This document shows, piece after piece, positions 36,724 to 45,262 of a stretch of 49,828 bases of DNA. The translations under genes and the position numbers were made by a program. The stretch is from positions 1-49,828 of the forward strand of contig DQSS01000035.1 of NCBI GenBank assembly GCA_015663165.1, written 5' to 3'. Each line of letters opens with the position of its first letter. Positions within the stretch are counted from its first letter, which is position 1. The stretch comes from Arcobacter sp. (GTDB lineage Bacteria > Campylobacterota > Campylobacteria > Campylobacterales > Arcobacteraceae). A model generated the notes under the pieces. It made no database searches. It saw only the letters and a list, made by a program, of their open reading frames with translations, and was not told the origin of the DNA.

Positions 36724-37941
36724 ATGTATAATTTAATAGTTATAGGAGCTGGAGCAAGTGGAATAATATCTGCAATAACAGCAGCAAAAGATGGAAAAAA
36801 AGTTTTACTTCTAGAAAAGTTATCAAAAGTAGCATCAAAAATAAAAGCGACAGGTGGGGGACGATGTAATCTTTCAAATACTCTAAGTTCAAATGAGTTT
36901 ATGTCCAAATTTGGTAAAAATGGTAGATTTATGACTAAAGCTTTAGAGGTATTTTCAAAAGATGATTTAATCTCTTTTTTTAGCTCCATTGGTTTAGAAA
37001 CTCACTGTCCGGATGGATTTAGGATATTTCCTATTACCCATAATTCTCAAAGTGTTATTGATGCATTAGTTCAAGAGATGTATAATTTAGAGGTAGAAGT
37101 TATATGTTCTTCGAAAGTAACAAATATAAATATATTAAACCAGAATAAAAAAGAAGTTCAAGTAAATGATATATCTTATTTTACTTCTAATATCATAGTT
37201 GCATCTGGAGGCCTAGGATATAGTACTCTTGGAGCTGATGGAGATGGATATATATGGGCAAAAGAAAGTGGACATAAAATCACATCAACTCATCCAGCAA
37301 TGATGCCACTTCATACTAAAGAAAGATGGGTAGAAAACTGTAGGGCTGATACAATTGCAAAAGTAGAAATGTATGTTGATATTAAAAAGTATAAAAAGTT
37401 AAAAGCTGTAGGAGATTTAATATTTACAAAAAGTGGTATTAGAGGTCCTGTTGTACTTGATTTTGCCCGTGAAATTACCCCTTTGTTTGATAAGTATGAA
37501 GAGATACCTTTAAAAATGAATTTGATAAAAGGTAAAAATGAAAATGACATAATAAGTCTATTTAAACAAAACCCGACATTAAATATAAAAAAATGTTTAC
37601 AAACAATACTTCCATTAGCTCTAATAGAACAACTTGCTATCTTATGTGAAGTTGATACAACAATTATTTTTAAAAAACTTGAAGGTGTAAAAAAAGAATC
37701 TTTTGTAAAGATACTTGTAAGTACTCCTTTAACAATAAGTGGACATGATGGATTTAAAATGGCGATGATTACAAGAGGTGGGGTAAGTTTAAAAGATATA
37801 AATCCAAACACAATGCAAAGTAAGATAGTAGAAGGATTGTACTTTTGTGGGGAAGTTATGGATGTAGATGGACCTTGTGGAGGATATAATTTGCAATGGT
37901 CGTTTTCAAGTGGTTACCTTGCAGGAAAATTAAATAAATAA
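36724..37941 (+). CDS. HI0933/YhiN/BaiN-family FAD-dependent oxidoreductase
   Basis: 405 aa with VIGAGASGIISA dinucleotide fold, GGGRCNLSN and the C-terminal GGYNLQWSFSSGYLAG motif. Confidence 0.85.
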   Translation: MYNLIVIGAGASGIISAITAAKDGKKVLLLEKLSKVASKIKATGGGRCNLSNTLSSNEFMSKFGKNGRFMTKALEVFSKDDLISFFSSIGLETHCPDGFRIFPITHNSQSVIDALVQEMYNLEVEVICSSKVTNINILNQNKKEVQVNDISYFTSNIIVASGGLGYSTLGADGDGYIWAKESGHKITSTHPAMMPLHTKERWVENCRADTIAKVEMYVDIKKYKKLKAVGDLIFTKSGIRGPVVLDFAREITPLFDKYEEIPLKMNLIKGKNENDIISLFKQNPTLNIKKCLQTILPLALIEQLAILCEVDTTIIFKKLEGVKKESFVKILVSTPLTISGHDGFKMAMITRGGVSLKDINPNTMQSKIVEGLYFCGEVMDVDGPCGGYNLQWSFSSGYLAGKLNK

Positions 37942-38130
37942 AATATTATATTTCTAAATGATATAATATTGAAAACATAAGGTATAAAAATCAAAACATC
38001 AACTATATTAAAATTATTACTAATAAACTTTATTTTAATCATAAATTTAAATGCAAATGATACAAATACAACAAAATCAGCAATAGAGTTATTCTTACTA
38101 AAAATAGGTATTACTGGACTTATAAGTGAT

Positions 38131-38664
38131 ATGAATGAAGAAAAAGAAAAAATTAATAAAAATAGTTCTGATATTGAAGGTTTAACTAAAGATATGAAGT
38201 ATTTGTTACAACAAAATATCAAAAATAAACTTATAGTAAAAGATGATATTCTTTCTTCACATAATACTAATGGTGAAGATGAATTATCTTTACTAAAAGC
38301 AGAAAATAAAAGATTAAAAGTATATTTAAAGACACTAGAAAATGAAAAAATGAAAAGAATTGAAAATACAAAAAGAATCAAAACTTTAGAAAGTAAGCTA
38401 GTAGAAACAAAAACAATACAAAAAAAGCAAGAAGTAAAAAACAGTAAAGTTATGAAAAAAGCAAAAACTTTCTATAAAGTTGCTTTTACAAAAACAGTGG
38501 CTTTATATAAAAAGCCATATTCATCATCAAAAATAAGTAGATATGTTAAGTATGGAGATATTTTAGATATACAAAAATGTACATATTTTGACTGGTGTAA
38601 AATAAGAGGAAAAAGAGAATATATAGCTAAATATAAAATTAAAAAAATAAAAGAGAATAAATAA
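38131..38664 (+). CDS. Coiled-coil protein with C-terminal SH3b-like domain; probably secreted, with its true start upstream of this ATG
   Basis: 177-aa ATG ORF with a heptad-rich middle and the tail YKVAFTKTVALYKKP...GDILDIQKCTYFDWCKIRGK. The frame is open for 50 more codons upstream (from 37981), and these encode a signal-peptide-like segment without ATG/GTG/TTG (see findings). Confidence 0.55.
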   Translation: MNEEKEKINKNSSDIEGLTKDMKYLLQQNIKNKLIVKDDILSSHNTNGEDELSLLKAENKRLKVYLKTLENEKMKRIENTKRIKTLESKLVETKTIQKKQEVKNSKVMKKAKTFYKVAFTKTVALYKKPYSSSKISRYVKYGDILDIQKCTYFDWCKIRGKREYIAKYKIKKIKENK

Positions 38665-38699
38665 TTAATTTATATTATCAACTAAACTATATAATAAAA

Positions 38700-38708
38700 T
38701 GCTATAAT
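38700..38708 (+). promoter_or_regulatory. Consensus extended -10 element (TGCTATAAT) upstream of the permease gene
   Basis: An exact TGnTATAAT lies about 20-25 nt upstream of ATG 38728/38734, with AAAAGGA as RBS at 38719-38725. Confidence 0.5.
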
Positions 38709-38727
38709 CTTTGTTCTTAAAAAGGAT

Positions 38728-39678
38728 ATGCGTATGTGGAAAGAAAGTGTCGATTATTTAACAATAGATATTTTAGGACTTACTGGAAGCGTAAATGATG
38801 CCATTAATTTTTTCATTTATGATGTTTTTAAAATATGGTTTTTACTTATTACTATTATTTTTGCCGTTTCATATTTACGGACATTTTTCAATACAGAATA
38901 TGTAAGAGCTTACTTACAAGGTAAATCAGAATTTACTGGAAATATCTTAGCAGCACTGTTTGGTATCATTACACCCTTTTGTTCTTGTAGTGCAATTCCA
39001 CTATTTTTAGGATTTATACAAGCTAGAATCCCTTTAGGTGTGACATTCTCTTTTCTTATTTCTAGCCCCTTAAACAATGAAATAGCAATAGCCTTATTAT
39101 TTGGAATATTTGGTTGGAAAATAACAGCTATTTATATTGGGTTTGGACTTCTTGTAGCAATACTTGGTGGTTATGCAATAGGAAGAATGAATATGGAAAA
39201 ATATGTTCTAATAGATGTTACTCCTATGGAAGGTGAACTAGAAGAAGTAAAGATAAACCTTACTCAAAGTAAAAGAGTAAATGAATCTTGGGAGTATACA
39301 AGAGATATATTCTTTAAAATATGGTTTTATGTTCTTATTGGTGTTGGAATTGGAGCTTTAATACATGGCTATGTTCCTGCTGATTTTATAGCAAGTTATG
39401 CAGGAGCTGGCAATCCATTTGCTGTTGTAGTTGCTGTTATTATGGGAATACCTATGTATTCAAATGCTGCTGGGGTTATGCCTTTGGTTGAAGTACTTAC
39501 TTCAAAAGGTATGTTACTTGGAACTGCTTTGGCATTTATGATGGCAGTAACTGCTTTATCATTACCTGAAGCTATGATTTTAAAAAGAATCTTACATATA
39601 AAACTTATTGCACTATTTTTTGGTATAGTTGGTTTTGGAATAATATGTATAGGTTATATATTTAACGCAATTTTATAA
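38728..39678 (+). CDS. ArsP/DUF318-family permease (predicted permease with CxC motif)
   Basis: 316 aa with about 8-10 TM helices and a conserved ITPFCSCSAIPLF motif in TM3. Size and motif match the PF03773-type permeases, which include the Campylobacter organoarsenical exporter ArsP. Confidence 0.75.
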   Translation: MRMWKESVDYLTIDILGLTGSVNDAINFFIYDVFKIWFLLITIIFAVSYLRTFFNTEYVRAYLQGKSEFTGNILAALFGIITPFCSCSAIPLFLGFIQARIPLGVTFSFLISSPLNNEIAIALLFGIFGWKITAIYIGFGLLVAILGGYAIGRMNMEKYVLIDVTPMEGELEEVKINLTQSKRVNESWEYTRDIFFKIWFYVLIGVGIGALIHGYVPADFIASYAGAGNPFAVVVAVIMGIPMYSNAAGVMPLVEVLTSKGMLLGTALAFMMAVTALSLPEAMILKRILHIKLIALFFGIVGFGIICIGYIFNAIL

Positions 39679-39689
39679 AAAGGAAATAA

Positions 39690-39932
39690 ATGAAAATAGA
39701 AATACTTGGAACAGGATGTTCAAAATGTAAAGCACTTGAAGCAAATGCAAAAGAAGCATTAGCTCAAATAGGTGGCTTTCATAGTGTAGTAAAAGTAGAA
39801 GATATCATGGAAATCATGAAATATAATGTAGTAAGTACTCCTGCTTTAGTTGTTGATGGTAAAGTAAAAAGTACTGGTAAACTTTTAACTGCACAAGAAA
39901 TAGTGGAGCTTTTAAAATTAAAAAATATATAG
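39690..39932 (+). CDS. Small thioredoxin-fold protein (redox-active disulfide protein 2 family)
   Basis: 80 aa with MKIEILGTGCSKCKAL (CxxC) and STPALVVDGKV, the typical partner of DUF318 permeases. Confidence 0.8.
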   Translation: MKIEILGTGCSKCKALEANAKEALAQIGGFHSVVKVEDIMEIMKYNVVSTPALVVDGKVKSTGKLLTAQEIVELLKLKNI

Positions 39933-40039
39933 CATCACTTCTTTTATCTGCAAGTGCATTATCGGCAAATTTTTATGACCTTAAACCTATAGAGATAAAT
40001 TCTGACATCACTTGTGTAATTGGCGATTATAATCCACCT

Positions 40040-40834
40040 ATGAAGTCAAATAAAGGCTTTGTATCAAATATGTGTTATATTGACTTAGGAGATAGCTTAG
40101 TAGCTCTTGATGCAGGTCCTACATATAGTTTTGCAAAAGAATTTTATACATTGATAAAAGCAAAATATCCAAATAAAAAAGTAAGTCATGTAGTATTATC
40201 AAACTTTCATGATGATAGAGTACTAGGTGCTTCATTTTTCAAAGAAAAAGATATAAAAATTGTTGGACATAAAACTATCAATAATGAATATAAAAAATTC
40301 AAAAATAAATTTGGAAGAATTGAAAGAATCACAAGTAAAGAGCTTTATAATAAGACAAAATTAATAGATGCAGATATTTTAGTTGATGGTGGATATAAAA
40401 TAGTTGGAAGTAAAAAAACTATTGAGATTATAAAGCCAAGTGAGATTTCAGAAGAAAAATCAGATATTGCAATATATAGTAAAAGTGACAGCTTTTTATT
40501 TGTAGGAAATATTGTATTTAATGGACGAATGTTAAACTATAGAAAAGCTTCAAATATAGATGGCTGGATTGAAGCACTCGAAAACTTATCTTCTATGAAT
40601 GCAAAATACTTTCTAGGTGGTCATGGAGCACAGTACGATAAAGATGCATACAAATACTCACTAGAATACTTAAAAGCGTTAAGAGTTGGGGTAAGAAAAT
40701 CTTATGATGATGAACTTGATGTTGAAGATGTAAAAGGTAGTTTTAGTATGGATAAGTTTAAAAATATAAACCATTTTAGTCAATTACATAGTAATAATAT
40801 AAATAATTATTACACTCAATTAGAATGGGAATAA
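40040..40834 (+). CDS. Metallo-beta-lactamase-fold protein with degenerate metal-binding motifs; likely periplasmic, with a real start probably at ATT 39917
   Basis: ATG ORF of 264 aa. MBL motif 1 is LVALDAG. Motif 2 reads SNFHDDR instead of HxHxDH. Later motifs are VGHK, FVGN (Asn for Asp) and GGHG. Coordinates are the conservative ATG model; the extended model is 39917..40834 (see findings). Confidence 0.75.
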   Translation: MKSNKGFVSNMCYIDLGDSLVALDAGPTYSFAKEFYTLIKAKYPNKKVSHVVLSNFHDDRVLGASFFKEKDIKIVGHKTINNEYKKFKNKFGRIERITSKELYNKTKLIDADILVDGGYKIVGSKKTIEIIKPSEISEEKSDIAIYSKSDSFLFVGNIVFNGRMLNYRKASNIDGWIEALENLSSMNAKYFLGGHGAQYDKDAYKYSLEYLKALRVGVRKSYDDELDVEDVKGSFSMDKFKNINHFSQLHSNNINNYYTQLEWE

Positions 40835-40972
40835 AGTATTATACTTGCCTATTCTCCTCTTAATCAATTCATACTATATTCATATTAAATAACTATACTT
40901 TAACCGTGTAAGAGCATACACACTAGAAGGTTGCATTAAGTGATAAATATAATTTTAAAGTAGACTAAGATA

Positions 40973-41926
40973 TTATTTATATAGTCTTGTATTTATGATG
41001 TCGTAGTTTTCTAAAATAGAATCTTTGATTGATTGTGGTACTTCTACTTCTAGTTTTTCACCATCTTTTAGAGTTTTTGACCTTTCTTTCCAAGAGTTCT
41101 CTTTTGCAAAGTTTCTTAAAATTTGTTTATCCATAGAGATATAACTTTGCTTATCAAAATCTTCTTTAGCAATAAATCTTGAACTCTCAGGAGTAAGCAC
41201 TTCATCACCTAAAACCCATAAGCCATTTTGGTCTACAAATACTTCAAATTTTGTATCAACTACAACGATTCCATTATCACTTGCAAACTTTGTAAAGCTT
41301 GTAAATAGTTCTTCAAGTTTTGTAATAATTTCAGGGAACTTTTCTCTTACACTTGAAGAATTTAAAGGTTCATCTTTTATACCTTTTGTTGTTGGTGTGA
41401 ATAGCGGTGTTTCAAATTTATGCCATTGAGTTAAAGAAGATGATAATTCTAAAGAATATGGGTCGATACCATTTTGGCAAGCTTCATATAAAGAACCTGT
41501 AAGATAATTTCTAAAGATAAACTCAAACTGTACTACATCACCATCAATCTCTTCTTCTAAAGGCTTGCATAGTTCCATAAGCTGACATCTTGGAGCTATA
41601 TTTAAAGTTTGTGGTACAACTTCATCTAAAATTGCTGTTCTTATTCCAAGGTTTTTAGCATACTTAGCACCACCATCAGAAATAGCAGTTTGAGATATAC
41701 CCTTACCATTAATTTCAAGATTTAATGGAATATCAAAAACAGAACATCTATCACTTCTTACAAGTAAAACTTTTTGACCTTCACCTGGACAAGTATAAAG
41801 GTCTGCATTTTTACCAATATAAAATAAATTGTATCCTAAATTTTCTAACTCATCTATACCTTTTTGTGTCGTTGTTTTTTTTGATTGTGGCCATAGTCCA
41901 AGTGCCAAAATATCACTAATTTTCAT
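40973..41926 (-). CDS. purC: Phosphoribosylaminoimidazole-succinocarboxamide (SAICAR) synthase, long form
   Basis: 317 aa. The LVRSDRCSVFD strand resembles RxSAFD, and GDEVLTPESSRF resembles the DExxTPDSSRxW motif. Confidence 0.7.
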   Translation of the reverse strand: MKISDILALGLWPQSKKTTTQKGIDELENLGYNLFYIGKNADLYTCPGEGQKVLLVRSDRCSVFDIPLNLEINGKGISQTAISDGGAKYAKNLGIRTAILDEVVPQTLNIAPRCQLMELCKPLEEEIDGDVVQFEFIFRNYLTGSLYEACQNGIDPYSLELSSSLTQWHKFETPLFTPTTKGIKDEPLNSSSVREKFPEIITKLEELFTSFTKFASDNGIVVVDTKFEVFVDQNGLWVLGDEVLTPESSRFIAKEDFDKQSYISMDKQILRNFAKENSWKERSKTLKDGEKLEVEVPQSIKDSILENYDIINTRLYK

Positions 41927-41936
41927 TTGTTTCCTT

Positions 41937-43238
41937 TTATTTATTTGTAAGAATCAATGCCTTTAATACATCAAGTCCTGTTTTTAGTTGGTTATCTTTA
42001 AAGATTTCTTCTTTTGTAATAATCTTTTTATTTTCTGATTTTACATCTTCTTTTTTGTCTTCTTTTTTTCCATCAACTTTTTCTAGTTCACTTTCTAAAT
42101 GCTTTTTTAAATCTTTTTCTTTGATTTTAAAATCATCATTTGAAGCACTTGGTACATTTCCCGGAAAACTAATAATATCTGGAATAATTCCTTTTGCTTG
42201 AATACTTCTTCCGCTTGGTAAATAATACTTAGCAATAGTTATTTTGATAGCTTCTTGCTGATCATCGCTTATTGGTAAAAGCATTTGAACTGAACCTTTA
42301 CCAAATGTATCTTCTCCAATAATAATTGCTCTTTTAGCATCTTGCAATGCGCCACTAACAATCTCACTAGCACTAGCACTTCCCCCATTTACAAGTACTA
42401 CTACAGGTGCTTTTGTAAGTGTTGCATTTTTACTTGCACTATATGAAGAATCTTCTGTTTTTGTTTTACCTTTTTGAGATACTATTACTCCAGAATCAAC
42501 AAAAATATCGACAGTTTTAATAGACTGAGTTAAAGAACCTCCTGGATTATTTCTAAGATCTAGGATTATTCCTTTTGTCATCTTTTTATATTTTTTAATA
42601 AACTTAGTTAAGTGTTCAGCCACATTGTTATCAAATGAAGAAACTCTTAAATATAAAATATCATCACCAATTGTTTTAGCTGTTACAGATTTTATTTTAA
42701 TAATACCTCTTATAATATCTATTTTAATAGGCTTTGCTTCACCTTTTCTTACAATCGTAATATCTATAGGAGTTCCAGCTTTTCCACGCATAATAGTAAC
42801 AGCTTCATCTATAGTCATTTTAAGTGTAGACTGGTCTTTAATTTTTAAAATAATATCTCCAGATTTTACACCCGCTTTTTTTGCAGGAGTGTCATCTATA
42901 GGAGCAATAATAGTCAAAACACCATCTCTCATACCTATAACAATACCCAATCCTCCAAACTCACCTTTCATACTAACTTGCATACTTTTGTATGACTTTT
43001 TATCCATGTAAGCACTATGCGCATCTAGCTCACTCATAAGTCCTGCAATGGCTTTATTTACAATCTTATCAAGCTTTACATCATCTACATAATATAACTC
43101 AACTGCTGATATAACTTTTTGTAGTTTTGTAAACGATTCTAGTCTTGTAGGTTCGGGTTCCGTGCTATTTGTATCTTTTGCATAAGAAAAAGTCAGTAGT
43201 AACGTAAGTGAAATAAATAATAGTTTTTTTAAACTCAT
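41937..43238 (-). CDS. ctpA: Carboxy-terminal processing protease (S41 family) with PDZ domain
   Basis: 433 aa with a signal peptide, a PDZ block (GGLGIVIG...SGDIILKI), the catalytic Ser motif GGSASASEI and the downstream TFGKGSVQ motif. Confidence 0.9.
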   Translation of the reverse strand: MSLKKLLFISLTLLLTFSYAKDTNSTEPEPTRLESFTKLQKVISAVELYYVDDVKLDKIVNKAIAGLMSELDAHSAYMDKKSYKSMQVSMKGEFGGLGIVIGMRDGVLTIIAPIDDTPAKKAGVKSGDIILKIKDQSTLKMTIDEAVTIMRGKAGTPIDITIVRKGEAKPIKIDIIRGIIKIKSVTAKTIGDDILYLRVSSFDNNVAEHLTKFIKKYKKMTKGIILDLRNNPGGSLTQSIKTVDIFVDSGVIVSQKGKTKTEDSSYSASKNATLTKAPVVVLVNGGSASASEIVSGALQDAKRAIIIGEDTFGKGSVQMLLPISDDQQEAIKITIAKYYLPSGRSIQAKGIIPDIISFPGNVPSASNDDFKIKEKDLKKHLESELEKVDGKKEDKKEDVKSENKKIITKEEIFKDNQLKTGLDVLKALILTNK

Positions 43239-43366
43239 ATGTGTTCCTAGATGGGAATATCCCTGTGATTTTTTAAGTAATTATTTTATCTAAAATTGTA
43301 TAAAAGTATTATTTTAACTATATTATAGTAAAATAGAATATATAATTATAATTAAGGCAATACCAA

Positions 43367-43942
43367 ATGAGTTTAAAAGAAAATGTTTCAGCAATTAAAG
43401 AAGAGATTTCAACACAAGAACAATTTTTCGAAAGTTTTTTCAAGTTAGAAAAATTTTATAAAAAATACAAAATAGCAATATTTGCTATTACAGGTTTAAT
43501 TCTTGCATACTTCATTTCAACAGCTGTACTAGACTATCAACATGAACAAAAAACAATTGCATCAAATGCAGCATATGATGCTGTACTTGTAGATTCAAAA
43601 GACAGCATTAATCTTGCAATATTAAAAGATAGTAATCAAAAGCTATTTGATATTGCTATGTATCAAACTAATTCAGATAAAACAAAATCAATTGATGTAA
43701 CTTTTCTAAAAGACATAGTTATTTATAATAAAGCAATCCAAGAGAATGATATTAGTTCTTTAAATAACTTGATTATCAATCCAAACTTTATTCTTAAAGA
43801 TTTTGCTCTATTCAATAAAGCTTTAATTTTATCAAATAACAAAGACTACATAAGTGCAAAAGAAACTTTAAAAATGATTCCAATGGAATCAGCAGTAGCT
43901 TCGCTTTCTAGTATGTTAGAACATTATTTATTAACAAAATAA
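43367..43942 (+). CDS. YfgM-like single-pass membrane protein with TPR-like periplasmic domain
   Basis: 191 aa with a charged N-terminus, one TM helix (IAIFAITGLILAYFISTAVL) and a helical C-terminal domain. It lies immediately upstream of a BamB-like lipoprotein, as for yfgM-bamB in E. coli. Confidence 0.5.
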   Translation: MSLKENVSAIKEEISTQEQFFESFFKLEKFYKKYKIAIFAITGLILAYFISTAVLDYQHEQKTIASNAAYDAVLVDSKDSINLAILKDSNQKLFDIAMYQTNSDKTKSIDVTFLKDIVIYNKAIQENDISSLNNLIINPNFILKDFALFNKALILSNNKDYISAKETLKMIPMESAVASLSSMLEHYLLTK

Positions 43943-43952
43943 GGCTTATTAT

Positions 43953-44933
43953 ATGAAAATAGTTTCTTTAGTAGTTCTATTCATACTACTTTTTTCTGCT
44001 TGTTCAAGCAAAAAATATTTTGAACCAAAAGATACACATGGTTCTATTGATGCACAAGAGATTGTAACTCCTGCATATATCTCAAATATTAATGCTATAG
44101 GAGGAACTTTGGATAACAATATGATTGTTGATAAAGTTGGTATTAGTAAGGATAAACTTCCTCTTGGTTTTTCTTTTTTAAACAATATAAATGGTTTAAT
44201 TTTGGCAGCTAATAAATCTAAAGAATTACTAATTTTAGATAAGAATGAAACATTAAAATTTAAATCTAACGTAATTGCAGCTAGCTTACAAGATGATTTA
44301 ATAGCATTGGTATTTTCAAATAACTCTATTGGTATTTACGATAATAAAAATAAAGTATTTAAATTAAAAAAATACTATAAACACTCATTTTTGAATGATA
44401 CTAGAATTGCCATGCCTTTATTTTTAAATAAAATTATTTTATTTCCAACTTTAGATGGTAAAATTATAATTGTAGATAAGTCTACAAATAAAATCACAAA
44501 AACACTTACGGTAGATCCTCAAAGTGATGTTAAAAATATAATATTACTTAAAACTATAAACAATGCAATGATAGCAGCAAGTCCAAATAAAATAATTACC
44601 TTAAATAATGGTGATATAAAAACAAAAGAATTTTTTATACAAAGCTATACTTTAGATGATGAGTTTATTTATATTGCTTCTTTGGATGGGACAATTTATA
44701 AATTTGATTTAAGCTTAAACATTATAAATCAAAAGAAATTTAAATTTGCAAAATTCCAAGCGTTAGCTATCGGACAGTATTTATACGCTGTTGAGTCGCA
44801 AGGTTTTATAATAAGATTAAGTAAAGACTTTAAAGATTCAAAAGTGTATAAGTTTGCATTTGAAGAAGATGAAAAAATGTTTGCTCATAAAAATAAACTC
44901 TATATAGAAAACAAACTGCTTATTCTAAAATGA
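43953..44933 (+). CDS. BamB-like (PQQ-repeat beta-propeller) outer-membrane lipoprotein
   Basis: 326 aa with lipobox LLFSAC. Blade motifs recur (PTLDGKIIIVDK, ASLDGTIYKFDL, ESQGFIIRL). Confidence 0.55.
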   Translation: MKIVSLVVLFILLFSACSSKKYFEPKDTHGSIDAQEIVTPAYISNINAIGGTLDNNMIVDKVGISKDKLPLGFSFLNNINGLILAANKSKELLILDKNETLKFKSNVIAASLQDDLIALVFSNNSIGIYDNKNKVFKLKKYYKHSFLNDTRIAMPLFLNKIILFPTLDGKIIIVDKSTNKITKTLTVDPQSDVKNIILLKTINNAMIAASPNKIITLNNGDIKTKEFFIQSYTLDDEFIYIASLDGTIYKFDLSLNIINQKKFKFAKFQALAIGQYLYAVESQGFIIRLSKDFKDSKVYKFAFEEDEKMFAHKNKLYIENKLLILK

Positions 44934-45262
44934 TAAAAGAGATCACAAGTTTTCTAAATAAAGATTTTCTTTTTTCATCTTTTGTAAGTATAGAACCAAA
45001 GCAATTAAAATCAAGAAAAAAAATACAAATATATTCTGCTTGTGATATCAAAAAGAATTTTGTTTCTGTTTTTGTAATAGATCAAAAAAGTAGATTTTTA
45101 ATAAAAAATGCAAAAGAGATAATTGAATTAAAAGATAGATTGGTTTTAAAAGAAGACCACAATTTTAAAAAGAATATTTTTATAATTAAATCAGCTGTTT
45201 GTTCAAAAGCAATAAATCATTTTAAAGAAAATAAATGGATAGTTTACAATGATACTTTGTGA
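44930..45262 (+). CDS. Hypothetical protein (110 aa, basic)
   Basis: It has an ATGA overlap with the upstream gene and a 14-nt overlap with coaX. I recognise no motif. Coding is supported only by operon packing and length. Confidence 0.45.
   Translation: MIKEITSFLNKDFLFSSFVSIEPKQLKSRKKIQIYSACDIKKNFVSVFVIDQKSRFLIKNAKEIIELKDRLVLKEDHNFKKNIFIIKSAVCSKAINHFKENKWIVYNDTL

Noticed and set aside
37311-37811. 166-aa minus-strand ORF inside the HI0933-family oxidoreductase gene
   Set aside because: It is a shadow ORF antisense to a well-supported gene, with low-complexity hydrophobic translation and no start context.
37914-38381. 155-aa minus-strand ORF spanning the intergenic region and the 5' part of the coiled-coil/SH3b gene
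   Set aside because: Its translation is almost pure Phe/Ser/Ile/Asn. It mirrors the Lys/Glu-rich coiled-coil coding strand, and the plus-strand gene explains the region better.
40835-40972. 138-nt gap between the convergent MBL and purC genes, examined for an sRNA, small ORF or terminator
   Set aside because: It contains only a weak 5-bp GTGTA/TACAC hairpin without a T-run. An AAGAGGAGAA on the minus strand is not followed by any start codon. There is not enough evidence to call anything.
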